Below are positions 61,255-64,000 of a DNA stretch of 64,000 nucleotides, in pieces (the stretch's first letter is position 1; every line of letters begins with the position of its first letter). The position numbers and the translations under genes were made by a program. The stretch spans positions 26,910,001-26,974,000 of the forward strand of contig NC_086118.1 of the NCBI RefSeq assembly GCF_963921235.1, read 5' to 3'. Source of the DNA: Mobula hypostoma. Taxonomy: Eukaryota. The notes under the pieces are model-generated. The model saw nothing but the letters and a program-made list of their open reading frames with translations, did no database searches and was not told where the DNA came from.

Positions 61255-62167
61255 AAACTCCAACGCACAGCTCCAACTCCAATTATAAATTTTCTATTGA
61301 CACAACTGTTGATGGCAGTATCTTAGATGATGGATGAAAAGGTGTACAAGAGTGAGATAGATTGACTAGTTCAGTGCTATCACCCAGTGGTGTCACAACA
61401 ACCTTGCACTTGACGTAAGTAAGGTCAAGTAGTTGCTTGTGGACTTCAGAACAACGAAATTAAAACATCCAGCAGTTCTCAACAAGGGATCTGCAGTGGA
61501 AACGGTGAGCAGCTTCAAGTTCCTGGGTGTGAACATCTCTGAAGATCTGTCCTGGGTGCAACATATTGATAAAATTATGAAGAATGCACACCAGCGGCTA
61601 TAGTTCATCAGGGGTTTGAGGAGATTTGGTATTTCAACAAAGACAGTAGCATGAATAGCATGATGTACTGTGGAGGGCATTCTGACTGGTTGCATCACCG
61701 CCGGCTGTGGAGGTACCGATGCACACAATCAGAAAAAGCTTCAGCGGGTTGTAAGCTCAACCAGATCCATCATGGGCACTAGCTTCCCCACTGTTGAGGA
61801 TATCTTCCAAAAGTGATGCCTCAGGAATGCAGCATCCATTTGTAAGGATCCTCACCATACAGGACATGCCTTCTTCTCATTACTACCAACAGTAAGGAGG
61901 TATAACTGCCTGGTGATGCACCCTCAACGTTGTAGGAACATTCTTCCCCTTTGTCACCAGCTTTTGGAATTACCTCCGTATTTTGCTCTCTTTTTGCACA
62001 ATTTATTTACTTTTCATTTTTAAAAACGTTATTCAGTTATTGTAATTTACAGTAATTTTTATATATTCTTGTAATTTATGATAACTTTTATGTATTGCAC
62101 ACTACTGCTGCCGCAGATAAACAAATTTCATGGCATATGTCACTGAAAATGAATCTGATTCTGATTC
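61255..62167 (+). mobile_element. Rex1/Babar LINE 3' fragment
   Basis: YKFSIDTTVDG, VSSFKFLGVNISEDLSW and EGILTGCIT; tail TCTGATTCTGATTC. Confidence 0.85.
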
Positions 62168-63724
62168 CAAGTTTGCAGAAGGCCAGTGACATTTGACTCT
62201 TCCGGTCAAGGTGGCACCCGTGTACAATGCTCCCACGGTCAACATCTTCTGGGTAGATTATGAAACCATACATTTCACTTCTTTAATGTCTTATACTTTT
62301 TTTTTGTCTTAAATGTGATTCTGGAACTGATTGGAGCCTGTGATTTGTAGTTTGGATATCATTTGGGTGTTTCAGCACTCCGCGGTCTCTGAGAGGATTC
62401 CTGGAGGCAGAGGCAGCGTGTGCGAACTTTGTGGCGAGAACACTGTGGGACGGGGCACTATCTGATGTTCAATTTGATTTTGCTGGTTAAAGCTTCCATT
62501 GTTTGCCAATTAAAGTGCCAAGGGAGATTGAAACCTTGAGGTGAATGTGGAAGGTGAGCACCGGTTGCCTGCCTTTTGATCGCTGGTGGGAACGCTCTGC
62601 TGCCGGAGAGGGCAAGGCCCCCACTGTGCCTGCAGAAGGTTACCCAACTTTTCTGCGGTTTGGATGTAGACTTGTACTATGAACTTTTCTCAGTTTTATA
62701 GGTTTTTATATTCTGTGTGTGTTTCGCCCGATCTTTCTTGTTTTTTGTGTGCAGGGGAAGGGCATCTGTTTTTTTAAATTTTTTTGTGCAGAGAGGAGGG
62801 ATTTGAGGATTGATGATTGTGCTGCTATTCTTTGCTTTCTTGGTTTTATGGCTATCTGGAGAAGAAGAATTTCAGAGTTGTATACTTTGGTAATAAATGA
62901 ACCTTTGAACAGAGACTTCAGAGTGGGAGTAGATGGAGAATTAAAATAAGAGCAAATTGGAAGCTTAGAATCATCATTGCAATAGAATGGAGATGTTGCA
63001 AAGCGGTCATCTAATCTGTGTTATGTTTCTCCAGTGTATGAGCACTGAATATTATGCGCTAAGGTGGAAGAACTGCAAGTAAATTGCTGCTTCATATGAA
63101 ATGACTTTTTGGGTTACTGGATAGTGGGAACATATTGTAGGTAAAGACAAGGAGGCATTGCATCTCTAATAATTGAAAACAACAATGTTCTGAGAAAGTG
63201 AGAGGTTGATTTAGATGAAAAAAGAGTTGGTGGTGATCACAGGGTGAACTGTGCATTTAGAACGAGGGAAGATATGCCTAGAAATTAAATTTTCTATGAG
63301 AGTATTTTGGAGGCTAATTTGAACTGATCCCAATAACTGATAATAAATTTGCTTGGCATCCAGTCAAATTATTTACAAGGAGGGTAGAAGTATTGTCCTG
63401 ATAAATTTAATCCATTTCAAATTATTCTTATCTGTTCTGTGATCAGATAGCAAAGCATAAAACTTGATGGATTATGAACCTGAAAACTAGGTGGTAATCT
63501 CAGCTCAATATTTAAAAGCAAGTTTGTTTCTTTGGTGATTTACACCTCATTTGGAATAATGACTTTATGATTTCTGGTTGATAGAAACACTATGGACCTG
63601 GAGTTACTTGGGGGAAATACAATGGTGCACATTTGAACGTGGAAACCTTCATCTGTTACTTCCTAAAACTCTTGACTCAGATTCCAGAAAGGAACCATTT
63701 ACAGCATCAGGGTGACCATACCTT

Positions 63725-64000
63725 GGCTTCAGGGCATTCCGGAGGCCGTGGTAAAACAAAGCACCCTACTTAAAAGCTTAGCATTTCTGGACAATATTTC
63801 TCACCCTCTGCGTACCACCTTGGCTGAACAGAGGGGCACTTTTAGTAATAGACTAAGACAACCATGTTGCTCCAAAGAGCACTATATGAGGTCATTCTTA
63901 CCTTCTGCCATTAGCCTCCATAATGAGTCAACCTATAATTGGGGAAGTGATGACCCCCTCCTGTTAGACTGTTTGAGGTAACTTACTTTTTATTTTTACC
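63725..64000 (+). mobile_element. Rex1/Babar-like LINE extreme 3' fragment
   Basis: LDNISHPL...FSNRLRQPCCSKEHYMRSFLPSAISLHN. Confidence 0.7.

Noticed and set aside
62200..62910. Possible LTR or novel element
   Set aside because: No partner LTR, primer-binding site or TG...CA ends were identified. It has a LINE-like 3' tail but cannot be classified from sequence alone.
55920..64000. OGFOD3 exon 4 (expected to resemble AEKGLSLGGSDGG)
   Set aside because: No matching spliceable segment was found, so it probably lies beyond the window. A very short exon could be missed by eye.

Overview
Eukaryotic vertebrate DNA. The CR1, Rex1-Babar, Penelope and V-SINE repeat landscape suggests a cartilaginous fish, probably a ray; this is inference. 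The window holds the 5' halves of two head-to-head genes that share a CpG island at about 11.5-12.3 kb. HEXD (hexosaminidase D, minus strand) has three coding exons at 8572-8700, 4180-4289 and 1703-1790 and continues off the left edge. OGFOD3 (plus strand) has three coding exons at 11769-11851, 21315-21529 and 55844-55919 and continues off the right edge. Almost everything else is intronic transposon-derived sequence. The most interesting non-genic signal is a family of Penelope-like (PLE) pseudo-LTR fragments carrying minimal hammerhead ribozymes. Several are tiny insertions flanked by target-site duplications (TSDs), and their fold-back or truncation points fall at the ribozyme. Other notable features: a hAT (KIAA1586-like) transposase fused in frame to a captured Tigger/CENP-B DNA-binding region; a Tc1 IR/DR element made of two inverted right halves; and a 3x48-bp promoter repeat carrying kappaB-like sites. 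Family names come from remembered motifs, not database searches. Boundaries of old repeats are approximate.
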